Positions 10,057 to 18,411 of a stretch of DNA of 64,000 nucleotides are shown here, one piece after another. Numbering within the stretch: position 1 is the first letter of the stretch; every line of letters starts with the position of its first letter. This DNA comes from Minisyncoccota bacterium (GTDB lineage Bacteria; Patescibacteriota; Minisyncoccia; Phycocordibacterales; Phycocordibacteraceae): positions 5,912 to 69,911 of the forward strand of contig JBAZRE010000001.1 in NCBI GenBank assembly GCA_041663025.1. Direction: 5' to 3'. Under the pieces are notes generated by a model. That model was not told where the DNA came from. It made no database searches and saw nothing but the letters and a program-made list of their open reading frames with translations. Position numbers and translations under genes: made by a program.

Positions 10057-11181
10057 ATGTCCGAGGAAAAATCCGGAGCAAAAGCTGCTCCAGTGCCAAC
10101 TATTCATTTAACCGAAGGCCATCCGATGGAAGGTCTGATTGATAGTATCCCGACGCCGCCATCAACCGGCGACTTGGTCGATGGCACTATCATCGCGATG
10201 AATCGTGGGCGCGTCTATGTCGACCTGCCACCCTTCGGCACAGGCATCATCTATGGTCGCGAATACCTCAACGCCGCTGATGTATTGCGCAAGGCGAATC
10301 CAGGAGACTCTATCAGCGCAAAAGTTATTGATCCGGCCGGTCGCGAAGGATACTTCGAGCTCTCACTCAAGGAAGCTCGCCAGGCAGCTATCTGGGGAGA
10401 GGCAGAAACTGCAATTCTCTCACAGACGCCATATTCACTCATCGTCGAAGAGGCGAACAAGGGCGGTTTAATTCTCTCGTGGCAGGGCATTGCCGGGTTC
10501 CTCCCCGCTTCACAACTCTCTAAGGATCATTATCCGCGCGTGCCAGAAGGTGATAAGGACAAGATTCTTGGTGAGCTCATGAATCTCATTGGTAAGCCGC
10601 TCTCAGTGCGCATTATCACTGCCGACGCGAAGGAGGGCAAACTTATTTTCTCAGAGCGCACCGGTAATGAGGCAGAAGAAAAGGCATCACTCATTGATAA
10701 GTATCAGGTTGGCGACACAGCGACCGGAGAAGTGACCGGCGTTGTTGATTTCGGCGTCTTCGTGAAGCTGGAGCAAGGGCTTGAAGGCCTTGCTCACATC
10801 AGCGAGCTTGATTGGGGACTTGTTGAAGATCCTCATGCACTCTTTACTGTTGGTGACGCGGTCAAGGTGAAGATTATTGAAATAAAGGAGGGCAAGATCT
10901 CGCTCTCGATCAAGGCACTCAAGGAGAACCCTTGGCACACCGCCGCTGATCGTTATAAGAAAGACATGGAGGTGCCCGGTGTCATCATCAAGTACAACAA
11001 ACATGGCGCGCTCGCTTCTATTGAAGAAGGTGTTGCTGGCTTGGTGCATGTGAGCGAGTTTGAGACTCCTGCGGCACTTCGCGAGGCGCTCGAGCTCGGC
11101 AAGACGTATCCATTCACAATCTCCCTCTTTGAGCCGAAGGAACAGCGCATGACGCTGACGTATAACGGAAAGAAGAAGTAG
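10057..11181 (+). CDS. rpsA: 30S ribosomal protein S1 (four S1 domains)
   Basis: S1 repeats: ANKGGL, FLPASQL, VDFGVFV..EGLAHISEL, GLVHVSE. Confidence 0.9.
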   Translation: MSEEKSGAKAAPVPTIHLTEGHPMEGLIDSIPTPPSTGDLVDGTIIAMNRGRVYVDLPPFGTGIIYGREYLNAADVLRKANPGDSISAKVIDPAGREGYFELSLKEARQAAIWGEAETAILSQTPYSLIVEEANKGGLILSWQGIAGFLPASQLSKDHYPRVPEGDKDKILGELMNLIGKPLSVRIITADAKEGKLIFSERTGNEAEEKASLIDKYQVGDTATGEVTGVVDFGVFVKLEQGLEGLAHISELDWGLVEDPHALFTVGDAVKVKIIEIKEGKISLSIKALKENPWHTAADRYKKDMEVPGVIIKYNKHGALASIEEGVAGLVHVSEFETPAALREALELGKTYPFTISLFEPKEQRMTLTYNGKKK

Positions 11182-11188
11182 GAAAACA

Positions 11189-11230
11189 AATAAAAAAACA
11201 CCCTCGTAAGAACGAGGGTGTTTTTTTATT
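11189..11230. terminator. Bidirectional terminator between rpsA and pth
   Basis: AATAAAAAAACACCCTCGT-AAGA-ACGAGGGTGTTTTTTTATT. Confidence 0.85.
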
Positions 11231-11825
11231 AGCGGGTATTCGCGAATTGGGTTGCGGATTCGATACCTTCGGTCGCGAAGAGGCACACGGACTCGGCAAC
11301 TTTTTTCATGACTTTTTTCACTATCGCCTCTTCACTCGGCTTCCACTTCCCTATCACATGCTTGATGACCTTCTCGTCACCTGAAACTTTCTTTGCCTGA
11401 TTCTTTTTGCCTGCTGCACTGATGCCGATGCGGATGCGCGCGAAGTTTTCAGTCTTGAGCGCGCGCATGATGCTCTCGACACCTTTGTGCCCGCCGCTCC
11501 CACGCCCAAACACCATTTTTATCGTCCCAAGTGGCAAATCTAAGTCATCATGAATCACGAGCAAGCTTTTTGCGGCTTTAGGCGACTTAACAAACGCACT
11601 CACTGCCTTCCCCGAGAGATTCATCATGGTCTCTGGCAAGACGAGTGTTGCGTTTTCTTCGTCAATCGCGCCTTTGCTTACGAGGGCATTGCTCGTTTTG
11701 TTGAAAGTAAACTCATCAAAGCTCTGGTTCTTAGCAACAAGCATGACTGCACTTCTGCCGGCGTTGTGTCGTGTCTTTTCGTATTCTTTTCCCGGATTCC
11801 CAAGCCCGACGATGATGAGTGTCAT
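11229..11825 (-). CDS. pth: Peptidyl-tRNA hydrolase
   Basis: GLGNPG..Y..TRHNAG, MNLSG, HDDLDL, GGHKG. Confidence 0.95.
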   Translation of the reverse strand: MTLIIVGLGNPGKEYEKTRHNAGRSAVMLVAKNQSFDEFTFNKTSNALVSKGAIDEENATLVLPETMMNLSGKAVSAFVKSPKAAKSLLVIHDDLDLPLGTIKMVFGRGSGGHKGVESIMRALKTENFARIRIGISAAGKKNQAKKVSGDEKVIKHVIGKWKPSEEAIVKKVMKKVAESVCLFATEGIESATQFANTR

Positions 11826-11879
11826 GCGAGAATCGTATCACAAACTTGCATGCTGCAAACAGACGAGTACACTATGCAT

Positions 11880-12467
11880 ATGTCTGACACTTGGAAGGGT
11901 CTGCTGAAGGATCTTTTCACGCTTGCACTCCTTGTTATTGTCGTTGTTATCCCGATTCGTGTCTTCGTCATTTCTCCTTTTGTTGTTGATGGTGAATCAA
12001 TGCATCCAACCTTTGAGAATCTCGACTATCTTATTGTTGACGAGTTTCTCTACATCTTCCAAACACCCGCCCGCGGTGATGTGGTCGTCTTCCGCTACCC
12101 AGACAATCCATCTATTTTTTATATCAAGCGCGTTATCGGACTCCCAGGCGAGACTGTCTCTATCAATAGAGGCGCGGTGACCATTATCAAAGCCGATGGG
12201 AGCGAGCTAACGCTAGCCGAGCCATACATTGTGAACGAAGACGCGACGTACACAAAAAACACTTCGCTCAACTCTGGTGAATATTTTGTTATGGGAGACA
12301 ATCGTCCGAACAGTTCTGACTCACGCATTTGGGGTCCATTGCAAAGGAAGAATATTATCGGTCGCGTCGACCTCCGGCTCCTCCCTATTTCAAAAAGTAG
12401 TTTCTTCCCAGGTGCAACGACTTATTCATCTATCACTGCAAGTTCGACAAAATCCCTTGCACCATGA
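11880..12467 (+). CDS. lepB: Signal peptidase I
   Basis: GESMHPT, YIKRVIGLPG, GDNRPNSSDSR; start placed at ATG 11880, 6 nt after TACACT. Confidence 0.93.
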   Translation: MSDTWKGLLKDLFTLALLVIVVVIPIRVFVISPFVVDGESMHPTFENLDYLIVDEFLYIFQTPARGDVVVFRYPDNPSIFYIKRVIGLPGETVSINRGAVTIIKADGSELTLAEPYIVNEDATYTKNTSLNSGEYFVMGDNRPNSSDSRIWGPLQRKNIIGRVDLRLLPISKSSFFPGATTYSSITASSTKSLAP

Positions 12468-13609
12468 TGCGCGATATTATCCCAGGAGAAGAGCTTTTGA
12501 GTAAATCACACGCTATTGGTCAGTATTACGGTTTCACTCCACTCTCCACGCTCACCGATAAAACGCGCGGCGCCGCCCGTCCAAAAAAAAATATTCCCGA
12601 TGCCGATATTGATTTCGGGAATGATCCGGTAGCTGACACCGTCGTAAACTTTTTGAAACAGTGCCGAAACTCTGAGTGCGTACCCTCTTCGCGGCGACCA
12701 CTCTTTATCTGGCATACGAACATTACCCCAGGGCGTCCAGTGCAGAAAAAAACAATCATACAATTCCACGCGCTCGGCACCGATCGCGCGATTGCAGATG
12801 CGGTTGTCATTCGCGCGCTCGTCGCCCTCTCGCGCGACCTCTTCCGTACTGAGCCCGTGGTGCGTATCAATTCAATGGGCGATAAGGAGACCCGCGCGCG
12901 CTACGCGCGCGAGCTCGGGTGTTATTTCAAAAAACGCGCGAACTCACTCCCCGATGAGTGTGCAGTGTGTGCGAAACGTGATGTGATTGAAGCTGCAGAG
13001 ATGGTTATTGCGCGTGGCTGGGCAGAGGATCTCCCGGCACCGACCGAGCATCTTTCTGATGCGAGCCGTAAACGTTTTGAAGATTTGCTCGAGTATCTTG
13101 AAATGACCGAAACACCCTATGAACTCGCACGCCACCTCATTAGCCGTAGCAATGCATGGAACGATATCTGTTTCGAAGTCATGGTTGGTGAACGACGTGT
13201 AGCATGGGGCTCGCGCTATGGTGATCTCACGAAGCACTTCTTCCCTGGTGCGCCATTCGCCGCAACGGGCGCAGTATTCCAAATCGCGAGTGAAGGTGCC
13301 GTGGTGAAGAAAACGTCACCATCGCGATTCCGCTTCTCCTTTATCCATATTGGCGACGAGGCAAAGCGGCACTCGATCCGCCTCGCTGAAGAATTCCGCA
13401 AAGCGCGCGTCCCGCTCACTCAAGATATCGGTGTCGAATCGCTAGCCGAACAGCTCTATCTCGCCGAGAAGCGCGACAGCCCCTATCTCCTCATTATGGG
13501 CCGCAAAGAGGCGCTTGAGAATTCGGCGATCCTCCGCAATCGCCAAACGCAACAAGAAACCATCCTCCCCCTCCTCGGCCTCGTCGACCGCCTAAAGTCG
13601 TTTGCATAA
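12464..13609 (+). CDS. Degenerate histidyl-tRNA synthetase-like protein with anticodon-binding domain
   Basis: INSMGD, C-terminal QL..AEK...PY.LIMG..E domain; canonical HisRS catalytic motifs not recognisable. Confidence 0.6.
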   Translation: MMRDIIPGEELLSKSHAIGQYYGFTPLSTLTDKTRGAARPKKNIPDADIDFGNDPVADTVVNFLKQCRNSECVPSSRRPLFIWHTNITPGRPVQKKTIIQFHALGTDRAIADAVVIRALVALSRDLFRTEPVVRINSMGDKETRARYARELGCYFKKRANSLPDECAVCAKRDVIEAAEMVIARGWAEDLPAPTEHLSDASRKRFEDLLEYLEMTETPYELARHLISRSNAWNDICFEVMVGERRVAWGSRYGDLTKHFFPGAPFAATGAVFQIASEGAVVKKTSPSRFRFSFIHIGDEAKRHSIRLAEEFRKARVPLTQDIGVESLAEQLYLAEKRDSPYLLIMGRKEALENSAILRNRQTQQETILPLLGLVDRLKSFA

Positions 13610-13612
13610 CTA

Positions 13613-13633
13613 CCGTAAGGTGTCACCTTACGG
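13613..13633. repeat. Dispersed REP palindrome, family A
   Basis: CCGTAAGGTGTCACCTTACGG, exact reverse complement of the copies upstream of the transposase at 40156. Confidence 0.9.
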
Positions 13634-13720
13634 ATTTACATCGGATGTCTAATTTGCTACCCTGCTCTACGGATATTTTGTTCCGTAACCTTAAGCCAGA
13701 ACACCAGAAAGGGGGTTCAT

Positions 13721-14464
13721 ATGCCACGAGAATTACAGAAAGTTACGCAGTATGAGTTCGATATGTTGGGCGCCGCGCTTGCGCAAGAGGGTTGGCAGAT
13801 TGAATGCCAATATTCGGTAAACGATATTGAGCCGATAATGCTCAACATCCTTGATTTCAAACTTACTCCTTTTGACACCGGAAAGGTGCAACTCGCTCTA
13901 ACCCTCCGAGAGAAAGGCGACTTGTTTAGGGAGGAGTTCGAGATTGAAGTCAAAAGAGTCTTTGCCGAAGGACAGCTCGGAATAGCGACCGGTGAACTAC
14001 GACGATTTACTGTCGCGGTCCGCAACCTACCGAGAATGCACCGCCCTGGTGCACGTTTAGGATTTGGTTATTGGCGCGTGCTTAAACCGAACACTTTCGG
14101 ACTTCTCTTCACCCGAAGCAAAGCAGCTCTGCCAGGGTGGCCGCTTCACAAACATCTTCAGCACCACCAACATCCTACGTACGGATTTGAAGAACATCTG
14201 AAGAGATACGGAAATGGTGACAATCTTCTCCGCACTGCGCGCTTTGCGCAATCACAAGCTCTTCAAGTCGGCGATATTCTCGCAACTGGTGACAAAGTTC
14301 TCTCTCCTCCGCGGAGAGGATTCAACGGTTCGGTTCTCATTCACCTAACCGGAGGATTCAACGGTCATTGGATTGATGTTGCGTCTCGACTCCCGATTGC
14401 CCTGCTAACTGCGGAAGATCATGCCCCTGCGGAAATCTGGAATCGAATCTGGAACCAAACGTGA
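13721..14464 (+). CDS. Hypothetical protein
   Basis: 247-aa ORF with GAAAGGGGG SD and downstream terminator. Confidence 0.6.
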   Translation: MPRELQKVTQYEFDMLGAALAQEGWQIECQYSVNDIEPIMLNILDFKLTPFDTGKVQLALTLREKGDLFREEFEIEVKRVFAEGQLGIATGELRRFTVAVRNLPRMHRPGARLGFGYWRVLKPNTFGLLFTRSKAALPGWPLHKHLQHHQHPTYGFEEHLKRYGNGDNLLRTARFAQSQALQVGDILATGDKVLSPPRRGFNGSVLIHLTGGFNGHWIDVASRLPIALLTAEDHAPAEIWNRIWNQT

Positions 14465-14468
14465 TACC

Positions 14469-14513
14469 CCAAGCCTACGAAGAGCCCTCCCGCTCCTTGT
14501 GGGCTTTTTGTTT
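14469..14513 (+). terminator. Terminator element shared with 15516-15559
   Basis: CCAAGCCTACGAAGAGCCC...GTGGGCTTTTTG. Confidence 0.6.
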
Positions 14514-14550
14514 ATCCACTATTTATAACGGTCGTAGATACTTTTTGATA
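14513..14550. repeat. Palindromic direct repeat, downstream copy flanking PaaX/Cas2-like gene 2
   Basis: TATCCACTATTTATAACGGTCGTAGATACTTTTTGATA; 29/38 identical to 15132-15169; abuts stop codon. Confidence 0.8.
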
Positions 14551-15132
14551 TTACTTCAGACCGAAATGTTCGCGCAGATGCTTATCGTTTTCAATTTCTT
14601 CAACAACCATATACAACACAGCAGACCCAATCTTTAACTCTGCTTTTAACAATGCAACGAAATCCTCACAATCGTATGGAAAGACCCATACGCTATCCTG
14701 TAGACGAACGAAGCCAATTTCCTGCATAAGAATTCGCAATCGATCGCGTGTCTTGCGGCGACGCTCCGGCACGTCAAAGATAACCACGCGCCACCTGCCA
14801 TTCCAGCGGCGTTTTTTGGAGAGATCTAATTTCTTTTTCTCGAGTTCGAAAGTAAGTTTCTTCTGTCCCGCATCCGTGATTTGCGCATATGATTTGCCAT
14901 CCCTTTTTTGAAACGTAACAAGTCCGAGCACTGCAAGCCTCCCAAGTGCAGTACGGTATTGGTAACGTAATTTCGCTCGTTGTAACGGAGGTAGTTTCGC
15001 AAGCGCTCCCGGCAGACCAGGCGCTATGGCCGCGACAAGTACGACACCCGATAGAGCAACAGCGGCAAGCAAACCAGCTTGGACATTTGTACGTATTCTC
15101 TTTTTCTTCGCTCCTGATTCTACATTCCCCAT
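14551..15132 (-). CDS. PaaX-like protein with wHTH and Cas2-like C-terminal domain (copy 2)
   Basis: WNGRWRVVIFDVPE...RLQDSVWVFPYDC; 193 aa like the other copies. Confidence 0.8.
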   Translation of the reverse strand: MGNVESGAKKKRIRTNVQAGLLAAVALSGVVLVAAIAPGLPGALAKLPPLQRAKLRYQYRTALGRLAVLGLVTFQKRDGKSYAQITDAGQKKLTFELEKKKLDLSKKRRWNGRWRVVIFDVPERRRKTRDRLRILMQEIGFVRLQDSVWVFPYDCEDFVALLKAELKIGSAVLYMVVEEIENDKHLREHFGLK

Positions 15133-15169
15133 ATCAAAAATATACCACGGTCGTGTATAGTTTTTGATA
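15132..15169. repeat. Palindromic direct repeat, upstream copy flanking PaaX/Cas2-like gene 2
   Basis: TATCAAAAATATACCACGGTCGTGTATAGTTTTTGATA; overlaps ATG and a TGGTATATT -10-like box. Confidence 0.85.
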
Positions 15170-15264
15170 CAGAGGTGGTGCTTGCGGTATGGCTTGTGGG
15201 GTGGTATAAAAACCTCGGAGTTTTTGTTGTTTAACTGAAATCAACCGGAAGAAAGGAGCAGCCT

Positions 15265-15510
15265 ATGGAAAAAGAATGGAGAAATATCTTTGTTGTAATC
15301 GACCGGAAAAAGAAGATAGATCCTGTCAATACTCTGTCAATTTTTTTGAACATCTACGGCATTAAGCCAACGGAAGTGGTTATTGTGCAGACAACAAACC
15401 GCGGGGGCATTGATGATGTTTGCAATGTAGATGAAGTAAGAATTGATATGCTGATTTATGTTACAAAGGCGGCACTAATCCCGAACGGAAGGACATTGTT
15501 GGGGTTCTGA
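15265..15510 (+). CDS. Small hypothetical protein
   Basis: AAAGGAG SD, terminator downstream. Confidence 0.55.
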   Translation: MEKEWRNIFVVIDRKKKIDPVNTLSIFLNIYGIKPTEVVIVQTTNRGGIDDVCNVDEVRIDMLIYVTKAALIPNGRTLLGF

Positions 15511-15515
15511 AATCT

Positions 15516-15559
15516 CCAAGCTCACGAAAGCCCACACGCTTCTCGTGGGCTTTTCGTTT
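15516..15559 (+). terminator. Terminator element shared with 14469-14513
   Basis: CCAAGCTCACGAAAGCCCAC...GTGGGCTTTTCG. Confidence 0.6.
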
Positions 15560-15588
15560 TTATTATGATGTGCTAGAGTGGCGGAATC

Positions 15589-15849
15589 ATGTCAGCAGAC
15601 ACAAGAGTCGAAGTATCACGCGGGAAGAACGAGAGCGCGACCGCGCTTATTCGCCGCTTTACCCGCCGCGCGCAGGGGCTTGGCCTCGTGCGCGAGATGC
15701 GCGACCGCCGCTACTTCAAGCGGACGAAATCTAAGAATGTTGGCCTCAAGCGCGCCCTCATCAGCAAGGTTCGCCGCGAAAATTACAACGAGCTCGTGAA
15801 GCTCGGCAAGATTGATCCTGCAGCGAAGAAGGTTCGCGGGAAGCACTAG
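15589..15849 (+). CDS. rpsU: 30S ribosomal protein bS21 (CPR-type)
   Basis: VEV....ES...LIRRF.R; basic, 86 aa. Confidence 0.7.
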   Translation: MSADTRVEVSRGKNESATALIRRFTRRAQGLGLVREMRDRRYFKRTKSKNVGLKRALISKVRRENYNELVKLGKIDPAAKKVRGKH

Positions 15850-15856
15850 TTTAATA

Positions 15857-16309
15857 ATGAGTGTCGATATAAAAAACCTCACCCGCCGACATCATGAAGT
15901 TGGGGCGGGTTCTGTGTTTTCTACCATTGCAGCTGACGTACTTCCCGACTGGGATATCTCACTCGTTTTTGTCGGGCCGAAGCAAGCGCAAGAATTAAAT
16001 AAAAAATTACGCGATAAGACCTACATACCCAATGTGCTTTCTTACACCGTTGGCGAGAAGAGTGGCGAGATATTTATTTGCCCGAGTGAGGCAGACAAAC
16101 AAGCGTCTGACTTCAAGCTTCCTGCATCCAGCTTCCTGCTCCTACTCTTTATCCACGGTTTACTTCATATAAAGGGAATGGCGCATGGTGCTACTATGGA
16201 GGCATGCGAGCAAAAACTCCTGAGCTTTTATGGCACGACGCATAGCGACCGGAATCGACATCGGCACGTACCAGATCAAGATGGTCGTCGTCGAGGAGCT
16301 CACCGATAA
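15857..16309 (+). CDS. ybeY: rRNA maturation endoribonuclease YbeY
   Basis: LNKKLR.K...NVLS, GEIFI, HGLLHIKGMAH metal motif. Confidence 0.85.
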   Translation: MSVDIKNLTRRHHEVGAGSVFSTIAADVLPDWDISLVFVGPKQAQELNKKLRDKTYIPNVLSYTVGEKSGEIFICPSEADKQASDFKLPASSFLLLLFIHGLLHIKGMAHGATMEACEQKLLSFYGTTHSDRNRHRHVPDQDGRRRGAHR

Positions 16310-17390
16310 GCGCACGGGCGTACGGCAGGTGCGTATTCTTGGCACGGGCCTCGCTGAGTCGAAGGGCTTGCGGCATGGCTACATCGTCAATAAAGAAGAA
16401 GTATCTGTCTGCATCCAGAGAGCGAAGAAACAAGCGGAGTCGGTCGCACACGTGCCTATACGAGCTGGGTTCCTCGCCGTCGGCGGTATCTCTCTTGATG
16501 AAGCACGTGCAACTGGCTCTGCAATCATCTCACGCGCTGATCAAGAAATAACTACGCTCGATATCGAAAAGGCCGGAAAGGCAGCGCGTGAAGTTGCTGC
16601 ACCTGGTTTTCTTAATCGACATGTCCTGCACAGCATCCCCCTTGAATATCGAATTGATGGTTCCAAGGTACTTGGCGATCCGCTCGGTATGAAAGGTATA
16701 AAACTCGAGGTCGACTATCTATTTGTTACATGCCTCGCTCAGCATGAAGAGGCACTCTCAAAAGCGGTTGAAGATGCGGATATTGAAATAATTGATCAGA
16801 TGGCTTCCCCACTCGCTGGTTCGTATGTCCTCTTGGAGGGTGACCAGAAGATGAAGGGATGCGTGCTGGCGAACATCGGTGCCGAAACTGTTTCTATTGT
16901 TGTCTATGATGAGGGCATCCCAGTTTCTGTCAAAGTGTTCCCAATGGGTTCGAGCCACATCACAGATGATATTGCACTCGGATTCCGCATCTCACTCGAA
17001 GAAGCTGAACGTGTGAAGCTCGGGCGACTCTCGGGACAGATGTATCCGCGAAAAAAAGTTGATGATCTTGTCGGCAATCGCCTCACTGCGATGTTTGCGC
17101 TCGTTGATAAACATCTCAAATCGCTCGGTCGTCGTGGACCACTGCCGGCCGGCATTATTATTTCTGGTGGCGGTGCTGGCATCGGCTCGGTAAGTGATAT
17201 CGCGAGAGGGTCTCTGAAGCTCCCTTCACGCCTCGCAGAGCTGCGCATCTCTGCTGATACAAAAATTCGTGATGCGACCTGGGCGGTTGCATATGGCCTC
17301 GCGATCTGGGGACTCACTGGCGACACGAATGCTCCAAAAAAGAATTTTCTTGCCTCACTATCAAAATTCTTTCGCCAGTTCTTGCCATAG
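16230..17390 (+). CDS. ftsA: Cell division protein FtsA
   Basis: GIDIGT, S.GLRHG.I, NIGAET, ITDDIA, SGGGA. Confidence 0.93.
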   Translation: MARRIATGIDIGTYQIKMVVVEELTDKRTGVRQVRILGTGLAESKGLRHGYIVNKEEVSVCIQRAKKQAESVAHVPIRAGFLAVGGISLDEARATGSAIISRADQEITTLDIEKAGKAAREVAAPGFLNRHVLHSIPLEYRIDGSKVLGDPLGMKGIKLEVDYLFVTCLAQHEEALSKAVEDADIEIIDQMASPLAGSYVLLEGDQKMKGCVLANIGAETVSIVVYDEGIPVSVKVFPMGSSHITDDIALGFRISLEEAERVKLGRLSGQMYPRKKVDDLVGNRLTAMFALVDKHLKSLGRRGPLPAGIIISGGGAGIGSVSDIARGSLKLPSRLAELRISADTKIRDATWAVAYGLAIWGLTGDTNAPKKNFLASLSKFFRQFLP

Positions 17391-17506
17391 ACAAAATAAA
17401 TAGATTTTGTGTTGACTTTTTGTTGCCTAGCTAGTATAGATGAGTTCGTGAGGTTTTGATCTCACGGGGTGTTCTTTCCATTAACCTATAACGATGGAGG
17501 TGTGAA

Positions 17507-18268
17507 ATGGCTTCGGTCAAAGATCCAAAAACTAAGGCCCAAGAAATGCTCGAGATTGCTCTCGGGAAGAAACGAATCTGCTTCGGTAAATTGTCCAAGA
17601 CAGAGGTTGACGAATTATTGAGGTCGGTGCTGTCAGAAGTCCGTCTCCGGGAGCTACGCGGATTCAAGCCCCTCAGAGAACTTCTCACTTTCCGACCAGG
17701 AAGTGTTGTCTACGGTGGACCGACTCGGCATACCCTTGATGTGGAAGTGCTCGACTTGAGTGAGGATGTTTTGCTCCTAGCTAACGGATTTAAAGATTCT
17801 CCCCCAATCACTTTAGACACACATGTCATGAGTCTGTCTCGTAATGCGGGAAAATGGACAGCCACTTTCAAACGGAACGAATCGGATGAGGAAACTGAAG
17901 ATTACGGAACAGCGTCTTCTTGGGGCCGATCAGCGTACCGTTACAAAGGGAGCGGTGAGGTTTTGACACTCCGGCGATCCCACAATCACACGAGGGCGGA
18001 TGAGAATCTAATCATCACAAAGTTCTCGTACGTTAAGGTTCCACTGAAGCAGAGGTACGTGATTACGAAGATGGAACTACAGCCATTTCCTCTTGAGAAG
18101 TTTCGTCAACATTACGGTTCATCGTATGCTCGAGTAGCCGTTGAGCTCATCCGAGAGCTCGGAAGCGTCTACCGACGAACATCGGACGAACTTGCGTTTC
18201 AATCGGACTCCATGCGCAAAAAAGTCACCGAGTTTGAGAGATTGTCAGAAGCACTTTCGTTCAGATAA
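17507..18268 (+). CDS. Hypothetical protein between ftsA and ftsZ
   Basis: 253-aa ORF, GGAGG SD, own terminator at 18285-18318. Confidence 0.6.
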   Translation: MASVKDPKTKAQEMLEIALGKKRICFGKLSKTEVDELLRSVLSEVRLRELRGFKPLRELLTFRPGSVVYGGPTRHTLDVEVLDLSEDVLLLANGFKDSPPITLDTHVMSLSRNAGKWTATFKRNESDEETEDYGTASSWGRSAYRYKGSGEVLTLRRSHNHTRADENLIITKFSYVKVPLKQRYVITKMELQPFPLEKFRQHYGSSYARVAVELIRELGSVYRRTSDELAFQSDSMRKKVTEFERLSEALSFR

Positions 18269-18284
18269 AATTGTTATTTCTTGT

Positions 18285-18318
18285 AAACCCCACTGAGATT
18301 CGCTCCGGTGGGGTTTTT
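18285..18318 (+). terminator. Intrinsic terminator
   Basis: AAACCCCAC...GTGGGGTTTTT. Confidence 0.65.
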
Positions 18319-18411
18319 CATATGAAAATAATGAGTCATGTGCATTAGTTGTCAATATTTGCATAACCCAGCGTTCTGCTATCATGGCAGAAACACCTTA
18401 TTTATATTTAT

